A stretch of 64,000 bases of DNA, from the NCBI GenBank assembly GCA_965113315.1, contig OZ220379.1, one strand, 5' to 3'. A program made the translations under genes and the position numbers. Every line of letters begins with the position of its first letter. The stretch's first letter is position 1. The DNA comes from Podarcis vaucheri. Lineage: Eukaryota. Under the pieces are notes generated by a model. That model ran no database searches. It worked only from the letters and a program-made list of their open reading frames with translations, and was not told the DNA's origin. Positions 49,601 to 59,304 of this stretch are shown in pieces.

Positions 49601-50717
49601 AGTACAAAACTATTTTTTTGTAGGGCAACAGCAGTCGCTCTTCATTTCTCCTGGGCTTTTAAAGCTGTTTTTGCTTCCGATGTAGTTTGAGAACAATTAG
49701 AAGAGGCTGTATTTTATATGATAAAAATTATTTTTAAAAAAATAGTACAGCACACTAAAGTCAGAAAGGAATTAATTTCACTTGCTTTTCATCTCTTTAC
49801 TTATTTGAGAGTCACTGCATCAAATGTAGTGGGGTTTACTTCTGAGTAGATCTGCATGGAATTGGGAATTCTAATCTGAGGTAGTCATTGTGAAAACTGC
49901 AGCAGGGTAATCTTTATTCCAGATTAATGTAATGCAGAAAACCTTTTGTCTGCCCATTGTCAACTCTCGCTCTTCCCACCACTTGCATGAAGCTCCACAC
50001 AGATTACCCTTGAAAAAAATATGGTCCTCGACAGAAAAAAAGTTTGTCTACTTTGGACCCATACAAGCCACTGGACCTAACAGCATTTATACATGGGTGT
50101 TTTCCACCAGTGTAGGTTTTGCTGCTCAGAGCTGGCTTAACATCTTTTCGAGTAATGTTTGAAGCCTGATGAAAACCTGCAAGACTTATTTCTTTGACAA
50201 GAGACCATGGTGGAGCAGAAAACTAAAACGGACATGGACAACTGCCCCATAATACCACCCCAAAGAGTTGACAATTATTTGGGTGCTTCTCTCAAGGCTA
50301 GACTTTCCATGTAACGTAAAAGAAGACCTTAACTCGTGCAGCTATCAGGACCTAAAGGTCCTACGTTACGTTACATGGAAATTCCAGAAGCCAATTTGTT
50401 CTAGAATATGTGTGGTTCCGCTGCCCCCAAACTTTCTTTCCCACAACGAGAGCTGAGTGGAAACGTGACATAAACATGGAGGAGAAATGACTCACTTGTT
50501 AACCAGAGGTCAATTATTCACACCCCTCTCTTCTCTGCAGGCAATGTGTGGGCGCCAGAGCTCTGAAGGACTGCAAAGCTTCTTGCACAGAGATCCCCAC
50601 AGCCCCCCGCCACTCCGTGTCCTTGGGTCCCTAAGCAACAGCGAAGATTTCTCCAGGCACTTCCACTGTCCGAGTAAATCACCAGTGAATCCAGCTGTGA
50701 AGTGCCACATCTGGTAA
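28853..50717 (+). CDS. KEL: Kell blood group metallo-endopeptidase (M13/neprilysin family), spliced CDS of 17 exons equivalent to human exons 3-19
   Basis: Hand-spliced exons total 2151 nt (716 aa + stop). Every intron is GT-AG with matching phase. Has a type II TM segment, DPCDDFYSYTCGNW, the Kell-type zinc motif HELLH, ENAAD, DPHSPPPLRV and terminal CHIW. Exon-by-exon similarity to recalled human Kell. Confidence 0.93.
29385..29588 (+). CDS. KEL: KEL exon: ETCNTTTC...DPCDDFYSYTCGNW...ENQLIMRRLL
   Basis: ctccag acceptor and G|gtaagg donor; M13 N-terminal cysteine cluster. Confidence 0.93.
30408..30684 (-). mobile_element. Sauria SINE, internally deleted
   Basis: Head and tail present; flanked by the direct repeat tgtatactatata. 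Confidence 0.85.
30887..31011 (+). CDS. KEL: KEL exon: EPHLGSNSSAKEKAVQFYTSCMNTEQIEARGAQPLEELIDK
   Basis: cctcag acceptor (NAGNAG) and AAG|gtgatg donor; M13 KA..FY.SCM motif. Confidence 0.93.
31202..31442 (-). mobile_element. CAGTGGTACCTC MITE (diverged)
   Basis: Degenerate TIRs with TA flanks. Confidence 0.78.
31865..32011 (+). CDS. KEL: KEL exon: IGGWNITGTWKETDFNQTLQILMGKYNTFPFFKAYVGPNASDPSTNIIQ
   Basis: cacag acceptor and CAG|gtaggg donor; resembles human LGGWRISGKWTSLNFNRTL...FPFFRAYLGP. Confidence 0.95.
32800..32865 (+). CDS. KEL: KEL exon: IDHPEFELPPETQFKKKGTYSQ
   Basis: ctcag acceptor and CAG|gtaaaa donor; resembles IDQPEF of Kell. Confidence 0.9.
33306..33775 (-). mobile_element. 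L1-like LINE 3' end inserted into an L2 fragment
   Basis: The - strand reads RIRDQKEEEFQEDWRKFKDYLNKYCNIKN*, then an AT-rich UTR and poly(A). Flanked by the ttagggaagttttt duplication. Confidence 0.65.
34189..34530. mobile_element. hAT-type MITE
   Basis: CAGGGGCGCCGACT...AGTCGGCGCCTATG TIR; perfect 8-bp TSD CTGGGGTC. Confidence 0.82.
35319..35648 (+). mobile_element. Sauria SINE
   Basis: Same family as 26816-27172. Confidence 0.85.
35789..35977 (+). CDS. KEL: KEL exon: VLRLYFQYLTKLGHLMGG...TTIKELQ
   Basis: tacag acceptor and CAG|gtatat donor; 63 codons, phase 0-0. Confidence 0.92.
35999..36371 (+). mobile_element. Sauria SINE (second subfamily) about 20 nt after a KEL donor site
   Basis: TGGCGCTGTGGTCTAAACC head and TTTACCTT tail. 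Confidence 0.82.
37000..37225 (+). mobile_element. CAGTGGTACCTC MITE
   Basis: TIRs with TA flanks. Confidence 0.82.
37942..38087 (+). CDS. KEL: KEL exon: [49 protein letters not shown]
   Basis: ttttaag acceptor and AG|gtgagg donor; APAIDWL and VHD.EYLK.MSQL match Kell. Not in the ORF track. Confidence 0.93.
38444..38573 (+). CDS. KEL: KEL exon: DVLQIYMILYLVRNLSPALDRQFEEAHQELTDKLNSRATNSET
   Basis: ttgcag acceptor (phase 2) and ACG|gtgagc donor; LSPALD.QF motif. Confidence 0.93.
38857..38897. repeat. (TG)n(CG)n microsatellite
   Basis: Seen directly; alternating purine-pyrimidine. Confidence 0.9.
39073..39122. repeat. (TTTC)n microsatellite forming the polypyrimidine tract of a KEL exon
   Basis: Seen directly; ends about 8 nt before the exon start. 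Confidence 0.9.
39131..39241 (+). CDS. KEL: KEL exon: VRAERWRKCLHETSMFFGPILGKMVVQEIFPQKAKDL
   Basis: (TTTC)n tract plus ttttag acceptor; CTC|gtaggt donor; M13 RW..C motif. Confidence 0.9.
39411..39843 (+). mobile_element. RTE-BovB LINE 3' fragment in a KEL intron
   Basis: MYGSESWTIKKA.RRRID.FELWCWRRLL...YFGHLMRREDSLEKTLMLGK; (AAC)n tail. Confidence 0.9.
41416..41514 (+). CDS. KEL: KEL exon: AEQMFSEIRDAIHSHLDQVEWMGSQARQEAKEK
   Basis: ccag acceptor and AAA|gtatgt donor; WM...A..K motif. Confidence 0.93.
42496..42573 (+). CDS. KEL: KEL exon: ISSLQVEIGYPESILQTDEVDNEYQE
   Basis: ttttag acceptor and GAG|gtgagt donor; M13 IGYP motif. Confidence 0.9.
43310..43343. repeat. (GT)n microsatellite
   Basis: Seen directly. 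Confidence 0.9.
43383..43624 (-). mobile_element. CAGTGGTACCTC MITE
   Basis: TIRs with TA flanks. Confidence 0.82.
44113..44216 (+). CDS. KEL: KEL exon: LEIYEDHFFHNVVACLKSLRKRFSLRLINPHLQD(N)
   Basis: tttcag acceptor; the phase-2 donor AA|gtatgt matches the next exon. Confidence 0.88.
44842..45101. mobile_element. Related Tigger-type MITE
   Basis: CAGTGGTACCTCGG...CCGAAGTATGACTG termini with TA flanks. Confidence 0.7.
45115..45350 (-). mobile_element. CAGTGGTACCTC MITE
   Basis: TIRs with TA flanks. Confidence 0.82.
45471..45581 (+). CDS. KEL: KEL exon: WEVPPWSVHSYYSLRRHAVVFPAGMFRNPFFHTEFP(S)
   Basis: ttccag acceptor and AG|gtaagg donor; VFPAG..PFF motif. Confidence 0.95.
45919..45986 (+). 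CDS. KEL: KEL exon with zinc-binding HELLH (45956-45970): AVNFGAMGFFMAHELLHSFYDY
   Basis: tttcag acceptor and G|gtatgt donor; HExxH is HELLH as in Kell (NEP/ECE have HEITH/HELTH). Confidence 0.96.
46561..46908 (-). mobile_element. L2-like LINE 3' end with long (TTA)n microsatellite tail
   Basis: TRQRAFSVVAPALWSALP peptide; similar to 8392-8732. Confidence 0.7.
47545..47711 (+). CDS. KEL: KEL exon: VLPENCLACD...TLLENAADTGGLAMAYQ
   Basis: cacag acceptor and CAG|gtacca donor; third zinc ligand in ENAAD; Kell-type CLAC. Confidence 0.95.
48476..48925. mobile_element. Mariner/Tc2-type MITE (CCGTATTTTTCGCCCCATAGG TIR), GC-rich interior
   Basis: Near-perfect TIRs with TA flanks. Confidence 0.82.
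49384..49479 (+). CDS. KEL: KEL exon: AYKNWLEKHREVKKLPWPEVSHHQLFFISFAH
   Basis: cacag acceptor and CAT|gtaatg donor; QLFF.SFA motif. Confidence 0.92.
50541..50717 (+). CDS. KEL: KEL last coding exon: AMCGRQ...DPHSPPPLRVLGSLSNSEDFSRHFHCPSKSPVNPAVKCHIW*
   Basis: ctgcag acceptor; DPHSP and C..W C-terminus typical of M13; TAA stop. Confidence 0.96.
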   Translation, partial: AMCGRQSSEGLQSFLHRDPHSPPPLRVLGSLSNSEDFSRHFHCPSKSPVNPAVKCHIW

Positions 50718-51118
50718 AAAGAAGAAGATGCTGAAGAGCATGTGGGACTGTTGGTGCAAAAAGATGGAGACAGACACTGAGGGCTCATGAGGATTCAGTG
50801 GTGTCAGCGATGTTTGCAGTAGCCACTTACTCCATTCCTTCCATGTGCAATGCCCCTTCTTCCTCCGCTACGTCCATCCAAGTGGTCAAGGTGGAAGAAG
50901 ATTCCATCCTTCCATCAAGAAGGAAGAGAATACAGAGAAGATACTGTGTTGCAAAAAATTTGCTACTTCTTAAAAATAATAATATCCTCAATGGCCTTAT
51001 GGACGACTTGGAACTGAGGAACTGAAGATCAGTTGACAAGTCTCCGGTGACTGTGTTTAGTGGCTCTTTTCCAATCAAAGATGAAAAGAACAGTGAGAGA
51101 CTTTCTGAATAGTATAAC

Positions 51119-51250
51119 CCGTGCTATTTTTCTAGAAAAAGAAGTGTCAGAACCGTGAACGCCTCCTTTGTTCTCTTATAATGGCTATGGCGTCCACCTG
51201 AGAGGTGCTGGAACTGAGTTCTGCCAAGTTCTGGCTAAAAAAAAGCCCTG
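51119..51250. mobile_element. Short non-autonomous DNA element (related copies ~38218-38351 and ~62823-62945)
   Basis: Shared aatggc.atggc..ccacctgagaggtgc.ggaactgag core with poly-T/poly-A inverted ends. Confidence 0.55.
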
Positions 51251-51860
51251 ACTATAACCACATGGAACAATGAGACACTAAGATTCAATTCATGTCAAAC
51301 ATAGCTAACCGTAGTTTAGACACAAACCATGACCTAGTTCTTGGTGCCACAGGACTTGTTGTTTTTGCTGTGACAGACTGTCTACCCCTCTCATTAAGGT
51401 GGTAAATCTGTGTCTGTACTACTTCAGAATGCAAGCAAGGGTTCATGTGACTGCTTATTCTCCATACAAAAATTTATTTCCCTATAGAAAACCAGAACAT
51501 CTTGCCTTCTCCTTTACACGCTAGTTTCATAAATTCCAGGATTATTCTATATTTAAGAGTATTCCATCATCGAAGTCTGAAGTCGTACACTCAACACACA
51601 AGTTGACCACTTCATTGAGAACTAGGCCTGCCATGGTTTGATCTTCTAAATCCCCAAAGGCAAGCCATAGTTTAAAGTTGCTTATTTGCTTTTGTCCCCT
51701 CAGCTTCATATGTATTCCTCCACCTCCATGGTGTAGTGACCAAAAAATGGTGATAGCTATGGTTTTGTGAATTTGGACTGTGCTAAACTATAGTTAGGGA
51801 ACACCATGGTTTCCAAACCCACTTCAAACCATGGTTTCTAACTCTGGTTTGCTGACTGTT

Positions 51861-51866
51861 AATAAA
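51861..51866 (+). terminator. Candidate KEL polyadenylation signal AATAAA
   Basis: First AATAAA I noticed, about 1.1 kb after the KEL stop; no transcript evidence. Confidence 0.3.
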
Positions 51867-53400
51867 TTATCATCTGTCAATTTAGACATCGCACCAAAAC
51901 CATGAAAAGTTAAGGTTTGGTGTGATGTTTGACTTGAACCTAGATGAATGTACATTGTTTCCTAAATGTGTTTTTATTTTATACTTTATATATATATATA
52001 TGAGATACAGCCTTGAGATTTTGTATGTGTCAAAGGGAGTGAAATTGTGTTGTCTTTATTCCATCATCTGGAGGCCTAATCAACAGGGTGTCACCTGGCC
52101 TGTGGTCCATTAAAGATCTAGCAAATTTTAATCAAGGTGTAGTTCAAACAAACAAAAGGCTCACAGTTTCACTTAAAGGGAAAAATAGTCTTCATGTGTA
52201 TTTCATATGGATTCTATTGCATTGCCAACTCATGTTCATTCTGGGAAAAGGGGTGAAATTGTTGCTAATTTGCCTCTCAAGGCATTCTTTTAGGGAGCAA
52301 ATTATTTATTCAGCGCCACAGCCAAAGAACATCTGCTCTCCAAACACCTGTGTTCAATACTGCTAGATGACTGCAACTGTACTGTGGAACTTGCTGGGCA
52401 TGGAGCCTGAAACTCATGGGATGCAATCACAATACTGTCTGGTAACTCAGGTGGAGTCAAGGGGGGAGAGAACCTAGTAGTGGTGAAGGCAGAGGATGGC
52501 CCCAGGCAGTTCAAAAAAGAGCCTATTTGTGCCAGGAATGGAGCAGGTGGCAAAAAGCTATCTCAAAATAGTCTGCTCATGTGATTTGGCTTTTCACACT
52601 GGACAAGACAGGGGGCTGTGAGACATGAGGAGGCAGTTTAGCTCTTCCAGAAAAGAGTCATGGTGCCAACAAAAACCACCTCTCTGAAGCTGCTGTTTCT
52701 CCCCATCTAGTTTGGCCCTGACCTGAATTCTGAGAATTGTCTCCTGAGGACTGAAGAAAGATGGAGGAGCTGACCTCTAACTAATAATGAGAGTGAAGGA
52801 GATGTGACAGGCTGGTAGCAGGCCTCTCCCTTTTGTTTTCTACTGTAGTCTCACTTAGCTCTGGAGATGGCCTAGTAGCTGAGATGAGACATCTCCCGCC
52901 TCCTCAGTATAACTTCAAAGCAAGCTTCTCCAGGCAACTTCCCTCAGCAGTCAGGAGGGAGCCTTCTGAATTCTTAAAAGACTGAGCAAAGCTGCTTTTC
53001 AAATGGTGAGGCTTACATGGAGCCTTCAGAACTTAACACATTGTGGTGAAACTGGGAAGTGTCCCACTTCAGATTACAGGTGGGCGATTGCATGACTGAA
53101 AGCTTCTCCTCCAAAAATAAACATCAAACCCTTCTGCGCATAGAAAACTAGGATATCTGTGAGGAGGCTATGCTGGAATTCTCTCGGACGTTTGGTTTTC
53201 TATGTGCAGGGGGAAGATTAAAAAAACAAATCTGAGGTATTTTCCATCATGCAGTATCTTGCCTGCAATCAAACCGTTTTACCTCATGATTAGGTAGATC
53301 TTTCTAGAAAGCTTTCAAAGCCCAAGAGCCTGTGACAAGGTGTCACCAGGGGAGGATCAAAAGGCACACTTCTCACTTAGAACAAGCTTTGGTCAGAAGT

Positions 53401-53406
53401 TTTATT
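53401..53406 (-). terminator. Candidate poly(A) signal AATAAA for the LLCFC1-like gene
   Basis: tttatt on the + strand, about 190 nt past the stop codon. Confidence 0.45.
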
Positions 53407-53591
53407 GTTCTCAGGGGGCCATGAATGTGGAGGTGTGTGTAGCTGGTACAAAAGCCCCTGTTCTCCGGTGGAGCCCCCAAAGTCCCTGGACACGAGCGAT
53501 GAAGCCACAGCTGCTTCTCAGAAGGCAATCATGAAGCACAAGTAGATGTTCATGTTGTCTTCATCCATTACCATTGCTAAGACTTCGGGCT

Positions 53592-53776
53592 CTATGTCAC
53601 GCATAAAAAAAACAGCATGACACTGGCTGTGTTCAGAGAGACGGCTAAGTCCAGCAACATGTCCTTCACGGCCGCATTCCCCAGCAGTTGGGAGTCCTCG
53701 CTCTCAGCCATGTCGATCACCTCCATGCCTTCCCCTGTTGATGAAGCCACAAATGTTTCTTCCATCTTCCCCCCGC
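53592..53776 (-). CDS. LLCFC1: LLCFC1/SOF1-like exon 2: (S)GGKMEETFVASSTGEGMEVIDMAESEDSQLLGNAAVKDMLLDLAVSLNTASVMLFFLCVT*
   Basis: Pyrimidine tract plus tttaag acceptor (phase 1) and TAG stop. Collinear with recalled human LLCFC1 [20 protein letters not shown]...AAV...LASVMVF. Same position and orientation relative to KEL as in human. Only 58 aa from its internal ATG, so below the ORF-track cutoff. Confidence 0.82.
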
Positions 53777-54879
53777 CTTAAACATAAAGGGGGAATCAAA
53801 AATCTCTTTTCTATGATTCTCACTCTTTCATTCACTCTGTGTGCTGACACTCCATTCTGCCCCTTCCCCTGAAATGTGTTTACATTCCCTTCTTAGGCTA
53901 AATCTAGACATATAGTTAAAAAAGCGGTGTGGAAATGCTTTTTAAAGAAATGTTCTAAAATATATATTCAATTTCCCATTCGCTCACCATCGCCAACTAG
54001 TGTCACATTTGTATCATGCACTTAAAACACCCTTAAAACGTTATATTTGAGTCCCTTAGTTTATCCTGACACTACCTCTAGCATATTTGCATTGAGTTTT
54101 CATGAGAACCGGGTTTTCCTGAGAAAGTGGTTGTTTCAAGAGGAATGGAAATGTTTTGCAACACACGCACATGCTTGCTACTTTTGGTGCATTTGATATA
54201 GCTATTTGCAGACGTGTCTCTCAGACTGTTGCTGCTTCACCGCTGGAGGCTGATGTGGAGGAAATAATTCTCCCTGCTGTGCCACATTGTACTGGCAGTT
54301 TCATTGCTCTCCTGCACTGCGCAGAAAGCCTTTTGTCCAATCCAGCTGCAGTCAATGCACATGTATGCATGCCTATCTGAAAGCAATGCAGTGTGTGCTG
54401 ATGGCACCCATGGTTCAATGCACAAGGTGAATGCGCTCCCTCTTCCCCACCACATTGACACCTCTCCAGACAATCTTTGCCCCCTTGCAAACAGCTGTGA
54501 ACAAATTTATTTTATGGACAGAGCACCGCGCCCCACTTCTGCTGGGCATGCCTATTTAGTTTTCTATGCATTCTAGCAATTGCCAGGTACTGAGGAACCA
54601 CTGAATGCATCTCACGAAATCCTGGGGCACAGGAGAAATTCTGGGGCACAGAGTTCACACTTCACAATGGCTCTCCATTTCTAGGTAACGGGTGAGCAAT
54701 CTGTCTTTAACAAAAGCATGACTGCCACAATCAATCTCCTTGAGGATTTCTGGACAAACCTGGGGTTCTCGTAGATAGATCCTGGCTTTTGAAACCTTCT
54801 GCCCGGTAAACAAGCCCGCACAACTTGTGGCTCACATACCCTCCAACATTCCTCAGATGAAAATAGGGACATTTCTCAC

Positions 54880-54967
54880 TCCCCTGCAACTGACCCTCCG
54901 AGACCTCCTGTTTTTTGCCGTCCCCCCACAGAGCATTTCCTATCAGAAGAAGGGTGACTGCCACCAT
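54880..54967 (-). CDS. LLCFC1: LLCFC1/SOF1-like exon 1 (signal peptide): MVAVTLLLIGNALWGDGKKQEVSEGQLQG
   Basis: ATG in a strong context (gtgATGg); hydrophobic LLL core; phase-1 donor GGA|gtgaga exactly complements the exon 2 phase. Confidence 0.68.
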
Positions 54968-55395
54968 CACTACACCAACAGGACACAGCACACACCCCCT
55001 CCAACATCCTGAGAAAATCCCTTCATCCCAATTTTATTCCCAGGGCAGAGTTCCCTGGGAGGAGGGATTGTGAATCAAATAGGGGTCTCCTAGCAACTCA
55101 GCACCCTTAACAAACTGGGGCTCCAGGATTCTTTGGGGGAATTCACGACTGTTTAAAGGGATATGACCCTGCTTTAAGGGTATAGGGCCAGTGGGGCCAC
55201 TTGCCTATCCAAATCTATCCAAATGTTGCTGAATATTTTGGAACAGCAGTAGCTGTTCTGTAAGTGCCACACCATCCACTGTGAGATGAAACTTTCTATG
55301 AAACGTTTCAAATGATTTTTTAATAGGCAACTCTTTCTGCCCATTTACCAGCACATCCTGCTTCCACGTTCAGCCCAGGGAAAGCTATTGCAGAT

Positions 55396-55767
55396 GGTGG
55401 GTGGAGCTGTGGTCTAAACCACTGAGTCGCTTGGGCTTGCCGATCAGAAGGTCGGCGGTTCGAATCCCTGCAACAAGGTGAGCCCCCGTTGCTCAGTCCC
55501 AGCTCCTGATAACCTAGCAGTTTGAAAGCACGCCAGTGCAAGTAGATAAATAGGTACCACTGTGGCAGGAAGGTAAACAGCGTTTCTGTGCGCTCTGGCT
55601 TTTGTCACGGTGTCCCGTTGCACCAGAAGCAGTTTAGTCATGCTAGCCACATGACCCTGAAAGCTGTCTGTGGACAAGCGCTGGCTCCTTCAGCCTGAAA
55701 GCAAGATGAGTGCCGAAACCCTACAGTCGCCTTTGACTGGACTTAACTGTCCAGGGGTCCTTTACCT
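55396..55767 (+). mobile_element. Sauria SINE
   Basis: Same subfamily as 35999-36371. Confidence 0.82.
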
Positions 55768-57813
55768 ATCAATATATGAAGACAGCTGGTGGGGGAAGGG
55801 GGACATTCCACATTCGTGGTGTGGGTTTTTTAGGCACAGGTTTTCACTCTCACTGTTGCCATCTTCCTACTGCTATGTCACCACCTTCTGTCTGTTTTGC
55901 CTCCTTTCTTGACACCACTGATTTCTCAGGTTGCTATGCCCTGTGGCTCTATCATATTACTTACCTCCTCCCTGTCTCTTGTCCATGGTTGCTTGGAGGA
56001 CAGCTTGGCTGATGAAGCCATCAGAGTAAACAAGGAAGTGAGTTGTGAAGAGCACAGCCAACAGGCCGATGGTACCCTCCAGGGACACCATTGGGACCAG
56101 ATCACCTTTTCTCCACCTCTACCATTTGAGAGGACAGGAGACACCCCTCCTCATGGACCCCCTTGAGTTAATGAAGCACTGTGTCAGGTTTCTCACTCCT
56201 GAACAGGGCTCATGACATCACCAGACCTTTGTGACATAATACGAGCTCACACACTTCTTCTGCATGCCTCCAGTGAGCAGGATCACAAAGGGAAGGGGAC
56301 AACAAATAATGAAAACGCAGTTGTCTTTGAACAGAGAAAATCTCAGAACAAAGAATGGGGCTGAGGTTTGGGCCAGGAAGACAACTGGCTGATGTTTATT
56401 ATATGTAGATACCAATCCAACAGGAAGCGATCCAACATTTCTCCAATGAAAATAGGGGCACCCTATTCAATTGATATTAATATTATTATTAATAGCCTGT
56501 CCATCTGATTGGGTTGCCCCAGCCACTCTGGGCGGCTTCCAACAGATATAAAACATTAAACATTAAAAAACACCCCTATACAGGGCTGCCTTCAGATGTC
56601 TAAAGGTTGTATAGATACTTATCGCCTTGGTTTGGGGGTCGCTTAACTCCATACCCTCCAACATTTCACTGATGAAAACAGAGATGTCCTGGGGAAAGGG
56701 GGGCATTCCAGGATCAAATCAGGAACTGGGACAGCTTCTGTAAATCCAGGACTGTCCCTGGAAAATAGGGACACTTGGAGGGTCTGTGTTCTTATTAAAT
56801 TTTCAGAAACATGGAACTATAGCTGAACAACGGCACACATCCTGTTGATGCAGCTCCTGAAATCTCATAGAAAACTTGATGTAATCGTTCTACTTCTCAT
56901 GTCAGGAAGACCATCCCTCTACTAAATATCCCCACAACTAGGAGGCAGGGTTGTCCCCTGTAGTATTGCCATCTCTCAAAATAAAAGAATCTGGGGAGGT
57001 GCTGGTGGCAGCTGTTCATTTCCATGGGACTTGTGGAGGAAAGCATCTAGTTGGATGGTACCCATTGGGACTTTAAAAGACGAACACTTATTCACTAAGA
57101 TAGCCTCCAGATGGTGCTCTAACATAGTAGATACGTTAGTCCTGGGAAAGGAGACTATCAGCAAGTGAATCAATACAGTACTGCTTTTTATTTACATCTG
57201 ACAGACACCTCCCCTGTGATGCCTTGTTGCAGAGCATCATCTTTATTTTTTCGTGTCATCCCAGACAGAAAAAGATCTTGCATGATCTAGCCTAGGTCCT
57301 CTACTAAGCCTGTAGCCTAGGAAGACCCATAGCTCAGAGGGAGAGCATCTGTTTTGCATGTAGGCGGCCAGGGTTCAATCCCTCAGCCACCTCAGTTAGG
57401 GCTGGGGAAGACCCCTGCCTGAAACGCAGACAGCCCACTGTGAACCAGTATAGACTAGACAATACTGAGCTAGACAACCAATAGACAGGAGCTGCAAGAT
57501 ACACTTGGACAAAATTAGTTGAAAAACCCCCAAGACCACAAACTGGGTGGGAAGCTTCTCCAAGAGTCAATACTTTCTTTTTTTGTAAAAACATATATTA
57601 ATTTTTTCTGTTTTACATTTTAGAATGTTCATTTTAAAAAAGCTTAAAATATCAGTGACTTCGCTTCTTCTCTTTCCATGGTTCTTCTTGTTCTCTTCTT
57701 CTATATGTTAAGTCTGCAAGCTGCACATATTCCATCAGTTTAAGTTGCCATTCTTCTTTAGTTGGGACCTCACTTGTTTTCCATTTTTGGGCTAACAAAA
57801 CACAGGCCACAGT

Positions 57814-58186
57814 AGTTGTTGCTTAGTCGATTAGTCGTGTCCGACTCTTCGTGACCCCCTGGACCAGAGCACACCAGGCACTCCTGTCTTCCACTGCCTC
57901 CCGCAGTTTGATCAAACTCATGCTGGTAGCTTCGAGAACACTGTCCAACCATCTCGTCCTCTGTCGTCCCCTTCTCCTTGTGCCCTCCATCTTTCCCAAC
58001 ATCAGGGTCTTTTCCAGGGAGTCCTCTCTTGTCCTGAGGTGGCCAAAGTATTGGAGCCTCAGCTTCACGATCTGTCCTTCCAGTGAGCACTCAGGGCTGA
58101 TTTCCTTAAGAATGGATAGATTTGATCTTCTTGCAGTCCATGGGACTCTCAAGAGTCTACTCCAGCACCAGAATTCAAAAGCATAC
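57814..58186 (-). mobile_element. RTE-BovB LINE 3' fragment
   Basis: FEFWCWSRLLRVPWTARRSN...RWLD. Confidence 0.88.
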
Positions 58187-59304
58187 ATAAATAACCTTTT
58201 TTTTTTTTTTGACACCTGGGAATTCCCAAAAGTCAATACTCATAGCTTCTTAAAAATGCAAGCCTTCTTCCTTCAGTTGTGGTAACATTAACCTTGCAGT
58301 TTCAAGCATATTAGCATTTTACTTGGTTGACATGACACCAGGTCTCTGACTGACAGCTGCCGATCTCTGGAGGCTTCTCATACAACTCCTGTAAACAGGA
58401 GCCACATTGGAAAGGGCAGGGTAATTCTGAGCATCCCTCCCACCACCTATTGGTTCCTTCCATTCCTGTCACATTCATGGTACAATATGGAGCAGGGGTG
58501 CCAATTTGAATTAAAAAAAAATTGTGGAAGGGGGGGGGAGGTAAACCCAATCCTGCATAATCGATCACAAGATACAGTGCTCACACACTATTTGAATGGG
58601 AATACCCATCAACTTTTGGGGAGGCAGCCCCCTCAAATATTTTATTGGGGAGATGGTGAAGGCACCTCGGCCACTATGATATAGAGCCAGTTGGCACAAG
58701 TCCGTATTCCAAAAAACTCTTAACTTCCTTTCAATAGGGAAAAAATTATGAAATGAGGGTATCTCTAAATGGAGGACAAGCAAGGATCCCTTGACCAGCA
58801 AGGATTTGTGGGGTAGGTTTCTCAGTGCTCTAGGGGAGGGAGAAATTGTATTGGTTGGCTAAAATACGGCTCAGTTAACAGGAATATTTTGTTTCCAATT
58901 CCTAATTCAACCCCATATTTCTAAAAATCCTACAGGGTTTTTGCAGTTTGGTTTTCTAGCTTCCCCAAAAGACATCAGGCAGACATCACCTAGGTTGATT
59001 CAGGGGGACTCTGAGAGACATAAATATCAGAAAGAGACTATTTGGGTGATCTGGAAATCATTATCTGGCTATCCAGATATCAAGGAACACATAGGCCAGG
59101 AAAGTATCCGACATAGATGTTGCTGATTACAGTTCCCAGTATCCTAGACCTTTGGCCATGCTGGCTGGAGCTAATGGGACTTATAGTCCAAAGGATGGAG
59201 AGCACCACTATTGGTTATAGGCTTATCAGCTGCAAAGGAGGACGGGATTCTTGTACCTTTAATAGCCAAGGAGAGAAAACGGAGACGAATTTTAGCAAGG
59301 GGAG

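Noticed and set aside
28853-50717. Alternative identity as ECE1, ECE2, MME, PHEX or ECEL1
   Set aside because: HELLH, CLAC, ENAAD, the exon layout and the LLCFC1-like neighbour all favour KEL.
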